The position numbers and the translations under genes were made by a program. DNA of 64,000 bases from contig JAJPHT010000036.1 of NCBI GenBank assembly GCA_021325135.1, positions 95,491 through 159,490 on the forward strand. The letters run 5' to 3'. Each line of letters begins with the position of its first letter. The stretch's first letter is position 1. The stretch comes from Pseudomonadota bacterium (GTDB taxonomy: Archaea; Thermoplasmatota; SW-10-69-26; JACQPN01; JAJPHT01). The notes under the pieces are model-generated. The model was not told the origin of the DNA, searched no databases, and was given only the letters and a program-made list of their open reading frames with translations. Positions 1-8,589 of this stretch are shown here, piece after piece.

Positions 1-844
1 CGACGCGCTCCAGCACGTCCTCCACGAGGAAGCGCATCCTCGCCGCCTCGCCGCTGCGCGCGACGGCCTCCACCTCCTCCCACGTCACGGGCGTCGAGAC
101 GGTGGGGAACGCCTTCGCGCGAAGCGAGTAGGCGCACACCGTCGTCTTGTGGTCGTCGTTCTGGCTCCAGTCCACGAGCACGCGGCCCGGGCGCTCCGAG
201 CGGCTCATGTTGGTCGTGACCGTCTCCGGCGTCTCGCGCTCCAGGATCTCGCCCACGGCGCGCGCGAAGGGCTTCGTCTCCTCGTAGGTCGTGGGCGTGT
301 TCAGGGGGACCATGACCTGGAGCCCCTTGGAGCCCGACGTCTTCGCCAGCGCGACGAGGCCAAGCTCGTCGAAGAGGTCGCGCACGCGCAGGCCCAGCCG
401 GCAGCAGTCCACGATGTCCGTGCCCTCGCCGGGGTCGAGGTCGAAGACGAGGCCGTCGGGCCGGGAGACGTCGCCCTTGCGGTGGAGGAACGTGTGCAGC
501 TCCAGGTCGGCGAGGTTCGCGGCCCACACCAGGCTTGGCAGCGAGTCGAGCACGCAGTAGTCGATGTCCTTCCCACGCGTCTCGCTGTAGACCGGCGCCG
601 TGCGCACGAAGGAGGGGCGGTACGGGGGGCATTGCTTCTCGTAGAAGAACGAGCCCTCGACGCCGTCGGGATATCGTTTCAGCGTGACGGGGCGGTCCTT
701 GAGGTGCGGCAGCAGCGTGGGCGCGACGCGGCGGTAGTAGTCGATGACGTGCGCCTTGGTGAAGCCCGCCTGCGGATAGAGGACCTTCTCCAGGTGGGTC
801 AGCTCCAGCCGATGCCCGCCGATCTCCACCACCGAGGACGTCAC
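1..844 (-). CDS. ligD: NHEJ LigD-type primase-polymerase (stand-alone Pol domain); 3' end runs off the window
   Basis: Not in the ORF track; translated by hand from GTG 844, which overlaps the Ku stop (GTGA). Reads MTSSVVEIGGHRLELTHLEKVLYP..KRYPDG..FYEK..VFDLDP..KTSGSKGLQV..VDWSQN..AYSLRA, the AEP/LigD-Pol motifs. Confidence 0.93.
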   Translation of the reverse strand, partial: MTSSVVEIGGHRLELTHLEKVLYPQAGFTKAHVIDYYRRVAPTLLPHLKDRPVTLKRYPDGVEGSFFYEKQCPPYRPSFVRTAPVYSETRGKDIDYCVLDSLPSLVWAANLADLELHTFLHRKGDVSRPDGLVFDLDPGEGTDIVDCCRLGLRVRDLFDELGLVALAKTSGSKGLQVMVPLNTPTTYEETKPFARAVGEILERETPETVTTNMSRSERPGRVLVDWSQNDDHKTTVCAYSLRAKAFPTVSTPVTWEEVEAVARSGEAARMRFLVEDVLERV

Positions 845-1635
845 GCGCTCGCTTCCTCGCTTCCCCTGCGTCGCGCGGCTTCAAGGCTCTTCTGGAGGGC
901 GTCCGCCAGGTCCGCCGGCCGCCTGGCCTGCACCTTGGGGGGCAGCACGACCTCGCGCCCCTCGGCCTTGCCTTCGAGGTAGGCCAGCAGGCGCGCCCGG
1001 TGCTCGTCCGGGTAGCGGCCCGGGTCGAACGTGGTGGTCAGCGCGTCGATGAGCTGCCCCGCCATCTCGACCTCGCGCGGGCCGGGCGGCGCGGGCTCCG
1101 CAAGCTCCAGGTCCGCCTGGGGCACCACCTCGTCGGCGTGGAGCATCGTCTCCATGGCCAGCGCGTCGCCCACCGCGCGCACGGCGACCAGGTGCTCCTT
1201 GCCGCGCATGACGACGCGCGCGATGGCCACGCGGCCCGCCTTGCGCATGGCCTCCACGAGCAGGCGGTACGCCTTGCCGGCGCCCTTGTCGGGCACGAGC
1301 CAGTACGCCTTCTCGAAGTAGAGGGGATCGATCTCGGAGAGGTCCACGAAGTCCTGGATCTCGATGGCGTCGGTGGCCTCCGGATCGAGCGCCTCCAGCT
1401 CCTCGTCCGTGACCGTGACGAAGCCCTCGCCCACGGGCCACCCCTTGACGATGTGGTCGGGAGACACCTCCTCGCCCTCCGCGCTGCAGACCTTCCTGTA
1501 CTGGATGCGCGCGCCGTCGGCGTCGTGCAATTGGTGGAAGCGCACGTCGCGGGGGCGCTGCGCGCTGACGACGCGCACGGGCACGTTCACGAGGCCGAAG
1601 CCCAGGGAGCCCTTCCAGAGGGAGCGCGGCGGGAT
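841..1635 (-). CDS. ku: Ku DNA end-binding protein
   Basis: Track ORF 841..1590 has the Ku core (FHQLH, IDPLYFEKAYWL, KAYRLLVEAM, FDPGRYPDEHR, DLADALQKSL). The frame continues upstream as IPPRSLWKGSLGFGL, the conserved Ku N-terminus, so the start is placed at ATC 1635. Confidence 0.93.
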   Translation of the reverse strand: MPPRSLWKGSLGFGLVNVPVRVVSAQRPRDVRFHQLHDADGARIQYRKVCSAEGEEVSPDHIVKGWPVGEGFVTVTDEELEALDPEATDAIEIQDFVDLSEIDPLYFEKAYWLVPDKGAGKAYRLLVEAMRKAGRVAIARVVMRGKEHLVAVRAVGDALAMETMLHADEVVPQADLELAEPAPPGPREVEMAGQLIDALTTTFDPGRYPDEHRARLLAYLEGKAEGREVVLPPKVQARRPADLADALQKSLEAARRRGSEEASA

Positions 1636-1639
1636 GCTA

Positions 1640-3040
1640 TCACGCCTCCTCGCGCACGACGTCCTCGGGCGCCTTGTCGGCGCGGAGCCCCTTGTAGGAG
1701 GGGTGCCTGAGGCGGCCGGAGGCGGTCCACTCCGTGAACTCGAACTCGGCCACCAGGCGCGGCTCCACGAAGACGACCTCTTTCTTGTCCACGGACCCCG
1801 CGAAGGGGGATGCCTCGCGGCGCAGCGGCTCCAGCAGCCCCTTCAGGCGGGCCAATTCGCGCGCCGTGAATCCCGTGCCCACGCTGCCCGCGTACAGGAG
1901 GCGTTGAGGCTCGCCGCGTTCGCGCGCCTCGTCGGGGGGCGCGTCGTGCACGCCCACGAGGAGCGCGCCGATCTGCCCCCGCCGCGCGCCGCGGCCCGTG
2001 GTGTAGCCGCCGATCACAAGCTCCTGCCGGCGCTGGAGCTTGATCTTCCGCCACGCGCCGCTGCGCGCGCCGGGCTCGTAGACGGAGCCCAGCCGCTTGG
2101 CCACCGCGCCCTCGACGCCGGGAATTGCAAGCACCGCGCGCCCGTCGCCCACCACCGAGGGCGAGACGCGCCACGCCTCGCCGCTGAGGCCCAGGGAGAG
2201 CAGCGCGGCGCGCCGCTCCTCGTAGGGGCTGCCCGTGAGGTCGCGGCCGTCCAGGTAGAGAAGGTCGAACGCCACGAACGTCACGGGCGCTTCCCGGCTC
2301 TTCTGCTCGACGCCGGTTTTCGATCCGACGCCTAGGCGGGACTGGAGACGCTGGAAGCTTGGCCGCCCGCTCCCGTCGAACGCGACGATCTCCCCATCGA
2401 GGATCGCGCGACGCCCCCGCAGCGCCCCCGCGAGAGGCGCCAGCTCGGGGTACTGCGCCGTCACGTCCTGGAGCGTCCGCGAGAGCACGCGCACGCGCCC
2501 GTCGCGCACGTGCAGCAGCGCGCGGATGCCGTCCCACTTGATCTCGAACGCCCACCGCTCCGGGTCCGTGGGATAGGGCGCCGCGTGCGCGAGCATGGGC
2601 AGCACGCGCTCCGGCATCGGCCGCAGGCTGGGCGGATCGAGCCGCGTCAGGCGCCACTGCACGCCGCGCTCGTGCCGGAGCAGATAGCGGCCGAGCACGC
2701 GGCGGCCCTCCAGGCGAAGCTCGCGCGCGGCCGCATCGCCCCCGTGCCGCCGCAGGACATAGGGCCCCGCGTCCCACGCCGGATCGGGCGTCGCGCTGGG
2801 CTCCCGCGACGTGGCGGGCCGCGACTCCCCCTCCGCCCACGGGACGCCCGCGGGGAGCGCCCACGTGAGCGAGCCGGACGGGCCCTCCAGCACCAGCGAC
2901 CACTCGAAGGGGGCCGTCGCGCGGTGGCGCAGGGCGAAGCGGCCGGCGCCGCCCACCAGGCGCGAGAGGTCCTCGGGCGTGACCACGGGCGCGGCAGGCC
3001 ACGCCCCCCGCGCCTCGGCCGGTCGCGAGCCTTGCGTCAT
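1640..3040 (-). CDS. ligD: LigD-type ATP-dependent DNA ligase with a degenerate N-terminal phosphoesterase-like domain
   Basis: Motif I EIKWDGIR, plus ILDGEIV, AFDLLY, EGAVAKR, WRKIK, and an OB domain ending LRHPSYKGLRADK. ATG 3040 is preceded by GGAG. Confidence 0.9.
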   Translation of the reverse strand: MTQGSRPAEARGAWPAAPVVTPEDLSRLVGGAGRFALRHRATAPFEWSLVLEGPSGSLTWALPAGVPWAEGESRPATSREPSATPDPAWDAGPYVLRRHGGDAAARELRLEGRRVLGRYLLRHERGVQWRLTRLDPPSLRPMPERVLPMLAHAAPYPTDPERWAFEIKWDGIRALLHVRDGRVRVLSRTLQDVTAQYPELAPLAGALRGRRAILDGEIVAFDGSGRPSFQRLQSRLGVGSKTGVEQKSREAPVTFVAFDLLYLDGRDLTGSPYEERRAALLSLGLSGEAWRVSPSVVGDGRAVLAIPGVEGAVAKRLGSVYEPGARSGAWRKIKLQRRQELVIGGYTTGRGARRGQIGALLVGVHDAPPDEARERGEPQRLLYAGSVGTGFTARELARLKGLLEPLRREASPFAGSVDKKEVVFVEPRLVAEFEFTEWTASGRLRHPSYKGLRADKAPEDVVREEA

Positions 3041-3112
3041 GCGGGTCGCTCCGCCGCCTGGCGAAGCGGGCATGAGGGTTCCCGAACGATGGCCGGCGGG
3101 CGGCTCCCGGGC

Positions 3113-3212
3113 GGGCCCACGGGTGTGGTCACACCCGGGGAGGCTCGCCGCCCCACCCGTGGTCACGCCCGTGGCGAGCCGGCCCCACGGGTGGGACCAC
3201 ACCCGTGGCCCC
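3113..3212. repeat. Three palindromic units at 34-bp spacing that together form a long inverted repeat, between the divergent ligD and lysW genes
   Basis: Cores GTGGTCAC 3125-3132, GTGGTCAC 3159-3166 and GGGACCAC 3193-3200. The outer units CCACGGGTGTGGTCACACCCG and CCACGGGTGGGACCACACCCGTGG are near reverse complements. Confidence 0.8.
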
Positions 3213-3240
3213 CTTTCCGCGGCCACGCCCTCGGATTCAC

Positions 3241-3325
3241 CCAAAATTTCAAATACAAGCTACGCTTTCGCCGCCTCCACACACGGTTTCCGCCAATTCA
3301 ACTGCGGAAACCGCCAATGGAGTGA
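3241..3325 (+). promoter_or_regulatory. Putative lys operon promoter, 5'-UTR hairpin and Shine-Dalgarno
   Basis: AT-rich CCAAAATTTCAAATAC 3241-3256; perfect 10-bp stem CGGTTTCCGC/GCGGAAACCG 3284-3313; GGAGTGA 3319-3325 before ATG 3332. Confidence 0.55.
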
Positions 3326-3331
3326 CCCCCC

Positions 3332-3493
3332 ATGACCGAATGTCTCGACTGCGGCGCGGACATCGCGCTGCGCAATCCCGTTGTCGGCGAGATCGTCGAC
3401 TGCCCGGACTGCGGCCTGGAGCTGGAGGTCCGGGGCCTGAGCCCCGTGACGCTGGAGCCCGCCCCCGAAGTGGCAGAAGACTGGGGCGAGTGA
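3332..3493 (+). CDS. lysW: Amino-group carrier protein LysW (53 aa)
   Basis: Missing from the ORF track. Translated by hand: MTECLDCGADIALRNPVVGEIVDCPDCGLELEVRGLSPVTLEPAPEVAEDWGE, with two CxxC motifs and the C-terminal EDWGE signature. Confidence 0.97.
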   Translation: MTECLDCGADIALRNPVVGEIVDCPDCGLELEVRGLSPVTLEPAPEVAEDWGE

Positions 3494-3494
3494 G

Positions 3495-4634
3495 ATGCGC
3501 AAGGTCCAGCTTCTGGACTCGACCCTCCGCGAGGGCGAGCAGACCCCCGGCGTCTCGTTCACGCTGGAGCAGAAGCTGGCCATCGCGCGCAAGCTGGACG
3601 CCTTCGGCATCGACTTCATCGAGGCGGGGCACCCCGCGGTGAGCGAGGAGGTCTTCCACGCGACGCGGGAGGTCGCGCGGCTGGGCCTCTCCGCCGAGGT
3701 GGTCGCGCACTCGCGCGCGCTCAAGGGCGACATCGACCTGGCGCTGCGCACGGACGCGGACTGGGTGGGCATCTTCTTCAGCGTCGCGGACAAGCGGCTG
3801 GAGGAGCAGTTCCGGAAGGACATCGACCAGGCCATCGGGCTCATCCAGGACTGCGTGTCCTACGCCAAGGCGCACGGCCTGAAGGTGCGCTACACGCCGG
3901 AGGACACCGTCAGAAGTGACATCAACAAGGTGATCCGCATCTCGCAGGCCGCGTCGGAGGCTGGCGCGGACCGCATCGGGGTCGCGGACACGACGGGTTA
4001 CATGACGCCTTCGCGCATGCACGGCTTCGTCTCGGCGCTGCGGGAGGCGGTGCCGGGCCGGACCGCGATCGGCGTCCATTGCCACAACGACCTGGGCATG
4101 GCCGTCGCGAACTCGTTCGCCGCCGTGGAGGCCGGCGCGAGCGTGGTCGACGTGACGGTGAACGGGCTCGGGGAGCGCACGGGCATCGCGCCGCTGGCCG
4201 AGATGGCCGTGGCGCTGAGGCTGCGCGCCGGGGTGGAGGCCCCCTGGCGCCTGGACGCGCTCCCCGGGCTCTCGGCTATGGTGGAAGAGATGAGCGGCGT
4301 CCCGACGTGGCGGCAGGCCCCCATCGTGGGCGCGAACGCGTTCACGCACAACGCGGGCCTGCACGTCGCGGCGGTGCTGCTCAACCCCGAGCACTACGAG
4401 AGCATTCCCGCCGACCTCGTGGGGCGCACGCGCCGGCTCGTGGTGGACAAGATGGCGGGCCGCCCCACCGTCAAGTACCGCCTGGAGGCCTTGGGCCTCG
4501 ACGCGTGCGACGAGATGGTCGACCTCGTGCTCGCCTACGTGAAGCGCCGCGGAGTGAACGACGCCAGCGACGACGACCTGCGCCGCATCCACGAGGACCT
4601 CTGCGCGATGCGCGAGCTTGTGAAGGTGATCTGA
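3495..4634 (+). CDS. Homocitrate synthase (DRE-TIM/LeuA family, no C-terminal regulatory domain)
   Basis: DSTLREGEQ, HCHNDLG, GLGERTG and AFTHNAGLH motifs; sits in the lysW operon. Confidence 0.85.
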   Translation: MRKVQLLDSTLREGEQTPGVSFTLEQKLAIARKLDAFGIDFIEAGHPAVSEEVFHATREVARLGLSAEVVAHSRALKGDIDLALRTDADWVGIFFSVADKRLEEQFRKDIDQAIGLIQDCVSYAKAHGLKVRYTPEDTVRSDINKVIRISQAASEAGADRIGVADTTGYMTPSRMHGFVSALREAVPGRTAIGVHCHNDLGMAVANSFAAVEAGASVVDVTVNGLGERTGIAPLAEMAVALRLRAGVEAPWRLDALPGLSAMVEEMSGVPTWRQAPIVGANAFTHNAGLHVAAVLLNPEHYESIPADLVGRTRRLVVDKMAGRPTVKYRLEALGLDACDEMVDLVLAYVKRRGVNDASDDDLRRIHEDLCAMRELVKVI

Positions 4635-5495
4635 ATGGTGAAGATCGGGCTCATCTGGAGCCGCATCCGCAACGACGAGAAGATGCTCATGGACGCCGCG
4701 CGGGATCGCGGCGTGGACCTCGTCCCCATCGACGACCGCGAGCTGGTGCTCCCCGTCCACGAGCCGCCCAATGAGCTGCTGGGCTTCGACGCGTTCCTGG
4801 AGCGCGGCATCTCGTACTACGCGAGCCACTACGTCACCATGGCGCTGGAGCAGTACGGCTTCCCCTGCGTGAACCCGCACCGCGTGCTGGTCAACTGCGG
4901 CGACAAGGCGCTCACGTCCTTCCTGCTCGCGCGCCACGGCGTGCCGACCCCGCGGACGTACCTCGCCTTCGAGGAGGAGAGCAGCCTGCGCGCGGTGGAG
5001 GCGGCGCGCTACCCCGCGGTCCTCAAGCCCGTCGTGGGCTCGTGGGGCCGCCTCATCGCCAAGGCGCCCGACCGCGAGACGGCCCTGGCCCTCCTGGAGC
5101 ACAAGCGCACGCTGGGCAGCGTGCAGCACGGCGTGACCTACGCGCAGGAGTACGTCGAGAAGCCGGGCCGCGACATCCGCGCCTTCTGGGTGGGCGACCG
5201 CGTCGTCGCGGCCATCTACCGCACCAACGACAAGCACTTCATCACCAACACCGCGCAGGGCGGCCGCGCCAGCGCGTGCCCCGTGACGCCGGAGATCAAC
5301 GAGATCTGCGCCCGCGCCGCGGAGGCCGTGGGCGGCGGCGTGCTGGCCATGGACCTCATGGAGACCGCCAGCGGCCTGACGTGCCACGAGGTCAACCACA
5401 CCATGGAGTTCAAGAACAGCGTCGCGCCCACCGGCGTCGACATCCCCGGGCACATCATCGATTACGTGGTGGAAGTCGCGAAGGGGCGGCGCTGA
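4635..5495 (+). CDS. lysX: Alpha-aminoadipate--LysW ligase (RimK-type ATP-grasp)
   Basis: [41 protein letters not shown]. Confidence 0.95.
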   Translation: MVKIGLIWSRIRNDEKMLMDAARDRGVDLVPIDDRELVLPVHEPPNELLGFDAFLERGISYYASHYVTMALEQYGFPCVNPHRVLVNCGDKALTSFLLARHGVPTPRTYLAFEEESSLRAVEAARYPAVLKPVVGSWGRLIAKAPDRETALALLEHKRTLGSVQHGVTYAQEYVEKPGRDIRAFWVGDRVVAAIYRTNDKHFITNTAQGGRASACPVTPEINEICARAAEAVGGGVLAMDLMETASGLTCHEVNHTMEFKNSVAPTGVDIPGHIIDYVVEVAKGRR

Positions 5496-6536
5496 ATGGC
5501 CTTCCGGGTGGGGATCGTCGGCGCGTCGGGCTACGGCGGCGGCGAGCTTCTGCGCCTCGCCCTGCGGCACCCGCAGCTCGAGGTCGCCTACGCCACGAGC
5601 AACCGCTTCGCCGGCGAGAAGGTCCGGACGGTCCATCCGAACCTCCGCGGCCCCGCGGGGGACCTCACGTTCCACCGCCACGAGGACGCGCACACGAAGA
5701 GCGTCGACGCGGTGTTCCTCTGCGGCCCGCACGGCACCAGCGCGCCCGCCATCACGCACCACATGAAGGCGGCGGAGCGCGTCTTCGACCTCTCGGCGGA
5801 CTTCCGCCTGCGCGACGCGGGCGCCTACGCGAAGCACTACAAGGGCTGGCAGCATCCGCACCCCGAGCTTCTCGCGCAGCGCGCCTACGGCATCGCCGAG
5901 CTTCACCGCGAGGAGATCAAGGGCGCGAGGCTCGTGAGCGGCGCGGGCTGCATCGCCACGACCGCGATCCTGAGCCTCGCGCCGATCCGCGGCCTGCTCC
6001 AGGAGGGCATGCCCGTCGTCGTGGACGCGAAGGTGGGCAGCAGCGCGGCGGGCGCCGAGGCCAGCGCGAGCACGCACCACCCCGAGCGCCGCGACGTGGT
6101 GAGGCCCTACGCGCCCACGGGCCACCGCCACGAGGCGGAGATCCTCCAAGAGACGGGCCTGCGCGCGGGCCTCTCGTGCCACGCCATCGAGCTGGTGCGC
6201 GGCATCCTCGCCACGTCCCACGTCTGGGTCCGGCCCGGCACGACGGAGAAGGACGTCTGGCGCGCCTTCCGCGCGAGCTATCAGGACGAGCCCTTCGTCC
6301 GCGTCGTGAAGGAGAGGAGCGGCCTCTACCGCTATCCGGAGCCCAAGCTCCTCGCGGGCACCAACGAGTTCCACGTCGGCTTCGAGCTTGACGAGGAGAC
6401 GAATCGCCTCGTGGTCCTGGGCGCCCTGGACAACCTCTGCAAGGGCACGGCGGGCGCGGCGATCCAGAACTTCAACGTCGCCTTCGGGCTGCCGGAGACC
6501 ACCGGGCTATCGGACCTCACGGGGCTGCATCCATGA
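5496..6536 (+). CDS. lysY: LysW-aminoadipyl-phosphate reductase (ArgC family)
   Basis: GASGYGGGEL, DLSADFRL, catalytic GAGCIAT, DNLCKGTAG. Confidence 0.93.
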   Translation: MAFRVGIVGASGYGGGELLRLALRHPQLEVAYATSNRFAGEKVRTVHPNLRGPAGDLTFHRHEDAHTKSVDAVFLCGPHGTSAPAITHHMKAAERVFDLSADFRLRDAGAYAKHYKGWQHPHPELLAQRAYGIAELHREEIKGARLVSGAGCIATTAILSLAPIRGLLQEGMPVVVDAKVGSSAAGAEASASTHHPERRDVVRPYAPTGHRHEAEILQETGLRAGLSCHAIELVRGILATSHVWVRPGTTEKDVWRAFRASYQDEPFVRVVKERSGLYRYPEPKLLAGTNEFHVGFELDEETNRLVVLGALDNLCKGTAGAAIQNFNVAFGLPETTGLSDLTGLHP

Positions 6537-7408
6537 TCCGCAGCGACAGCGAGGATGGCCGCCGGAGCCCGCAGGCTGCGGCGAGCATCGTCGTCAAGGT
6601 CGGCGGCGGCGCGGGCATCGACGTGGAGGCCGTGCTGGATGATATCGCCCAGATGTGGAAAGAGGGCGAGAGGGTCGTCCTCGTGCACGGCGCCAGCGAC
6701 GAGACGAACCAGCTCAGCGAAAGGCTCGGCATCCCGCCGCGCTTCGTCACGTCCGTCTCGGGGCACGTCTCGCGCTTCACGGACGAGGCCACGCTGGACG
6801 CCTTCGCCATGGCCAGCGGCAAGCTGAACCTGCGCGTCGTGGAGAGCCTCCAGAAGCGCGGCTGCAACGCCGTCGGGCTCACGGGCGTGGACGGCCGCCT
6901 GCTGGAGGGCCAGCGCAAGGACGCCATCAAGGCCGTCGTCGATGGCAAGAAGGTCGTGCTGCGGGGCGACCACACGGGCACCATCGAGACGGTGAACGCG
7001 GGCCTGCTGCGCCTCCTGCTGGAGAACGGCTATCTCCCCGTGGTCACGGTCCCGGCCATCAGCGCCGCGGGCGAGGCCGTGAACGCCGATGCGGACCGCG
7101 CGGCCGCCGCCATCGCGGGCGCGCTGGGCGCCGAGGCGCTGATCATCCTGAGCAACGTGCCGGGCCTGCTGCGCGACGTGGACGACCCCTCGTCGCTGAT
7201 CTCCCGCGTCCCGCAGGAGGGCCTGGCGCGCGCCGCCGAGTTCGCGCAGGGGCGCTTCAAGAAGAAGATCCTCGGCGCGGAGGAGGCCTTCGCGCTGGGC
7301 GTCGGCCGCGTCGTGTTCGCGACCGCGAACCGGACGGACCCCGTGCTTTCCGCCCGGAACGGAGGCGGAACGCACATCTTCCGGCCCGGCTTCGAGGTGC
7401 CTCGATGA
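6533..7408 (+). CDS. lysZ: LysW-aminoadipate kinase (ArgB family)
   Basis: VVKVGG, VLVHGAS, NADADRAA, LSNVPGLL. Confidence 0.92.
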   Translation: MIRSDSEDGRRSPQAAASIVVKVGGGAGIDVEAVLDDIAQMWKEGERVVLVHGASDETNQLSERLGIPPRFVTSVSGHVSRFTDEATLDAFAMASGKLNLRVVESLQKRGCNAVGLTGVDGRLLEGQRKDAIKAVVDGKKVVLRGDHTGTIETVNAGLLRLLLENGYLPVVTVPAISAAGEAVNADADRAAAAIAGALGAEALIILSNVPGLLRDVDDPSSLISRVPQEGLARAAEFAQGRFKKKILGAEEAFALGVGRVVFATANRTDPVLSARNGGGTHIFRPGFEVPR

Positions 7409-8589
7409 ACACGGAGCAGATGAAGGCCATCGAGCAGCGGCGCGAGTCGGGCGTCTTCCCCAAGCGGCCCTTGAGCGTCGTGCGCGGCGAGGGCGCATGG
7501 CTCTGGGACGCCGAGGGGCGGCGCTACTTGGACTTCGGCGCCAACTACGGCGTGGGCAACGTCGGCCACTGCCACCCCCGGGTGGTCCGTGCGATCCAGG
7601 AGCAGGCGGCGCGCCTCATCGCGATCCCGCAGACGTACCACAACGACCAGCGCGCGCTCTTCCAGGAGGCGCTGCTGGCCACGGCGCCCCGCGGTCTGGA
7701 ACGCGTCTTCCTCGCCAACTCCGGCACCGAGGCCGTCGAGGCGGCGCTGAAGTTCGCCCGCGGCACGACGCGCCGCCCGGGCTTCGTCGCCACCAAGCGC
7801 GCCTTCCACGGGAGGACCTTCGGCGCGCTCTCGCTCACGCACAAGCCCGAGTACCGCGACCCGTTCCACCCCCTGCTATCAGACGTCGCGCACGTCGCGT
7901 TCGGCAGCGAGGAGGAGCTGAAAAGCGCGGTCACCTCGCAGACGGCCGCCGTCGTGATCGAGCCCATCCAGGGAGAAGGCGGCGTGCAGGTCCCGCCCTC
8001 GGGCTACCTGCGCGCCGCGCGCGACATCGCCCACGACGCGGGCGCCCTGCTCGTGCTCGACGAGATCCAGACCGGCTTCGCGCGCACGGGCTCCTTCTGG
8101 GCCTGCGAGCACGAGGGCGTGACGCCTGATATCCTCTGCTTCGCCAAGAGCGTCGCCGCGGGCCTGCCCATGGGCGGCGTCCTCCTCACGGACGAGGCGG
8201 CGAAGCTCCCCACCTCCGCGCACGGCAACACCTTCGGCGGCGGGCCGCTGGCGTGCGCCGCCGGGCTCGCCGTGCTGGACGTCATCCGCGAGGAGCGCCT
8301 CGCCGAGCGCGCCGCCAAGCTGGGCCCGCGCCTGCTGGACGGGCTCGCTCGGGCCGCAGGTGACGCCGCGCGGGAGGTGCGCGGCCGCGGCCTCATGGTG
8401 GGCCTGGAGCTCCGCACCCGCAACGTGCCCGTCCTCAACGGCCTCGTCGCCGAAGGCGTGCTCACGCTGCCCACCGGCGCCACCACCATCCGCTACCTCC
8501 CGCCCCTCGTCGTGGACGAGGCGCAGGTGGACGCGGCGGTGGAGGCGACGGCGAAGGCGGTGCGCGCGGCGGGGAACGCCTCAGCGTGA
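7405..8589 (+). CDS. lysJ: LysW-aminoadipate-semialdehyde aminotransferase (class III, ArgD family)
   Basis: ATG 7405 overlaps the lysZ stop. NSGTEAVEAA, FHGRT, EPIQGEGG, DEIQTGF, PLP lysine in FAKS, HGNTFGG. Confidence 0.93.
   Translation: MNTEQMKAIEQRRESGVFPKRPLSVVRGEGAWLWDAEGRRYLDFGANYGVGNVGHCHPRVVRAIQEQAARLIAIPQTYHNDQRALFQEALLATAPRGLERVFLANSGTEAVEAALKFARGTTRRPGFVATKRAFHGRTFGALSLTHKPEYRDPFHPLLSDVAHVAFGSEEELKSAVTSQTAAVVIEPIQGEGGVQVPPSGYLRAARDIAHDAGALLVLDEIQTGFARTGSFWACEHEGVTPDILCFAKSVAAGLPMGGVLLTDEAAKLPTSAHGNTFGGGPLACAAGLAVLDVIREERLAERAAKLGPRLLDGLARAAGDAAREVRGRGLMVGLELRTRNVPVLNGLVAEGVLTLPTGATTIRYLPPLVVDEAQVDAAVEATAKAVRAAGNASA

Noticed and set aside
3113-3212. Mini-CRISPR interpretation of the palindromic repeats
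   Set aside because: 34-bp period leaves about 10-bp spacers, the third unit is inverted, and there are no cas genes.
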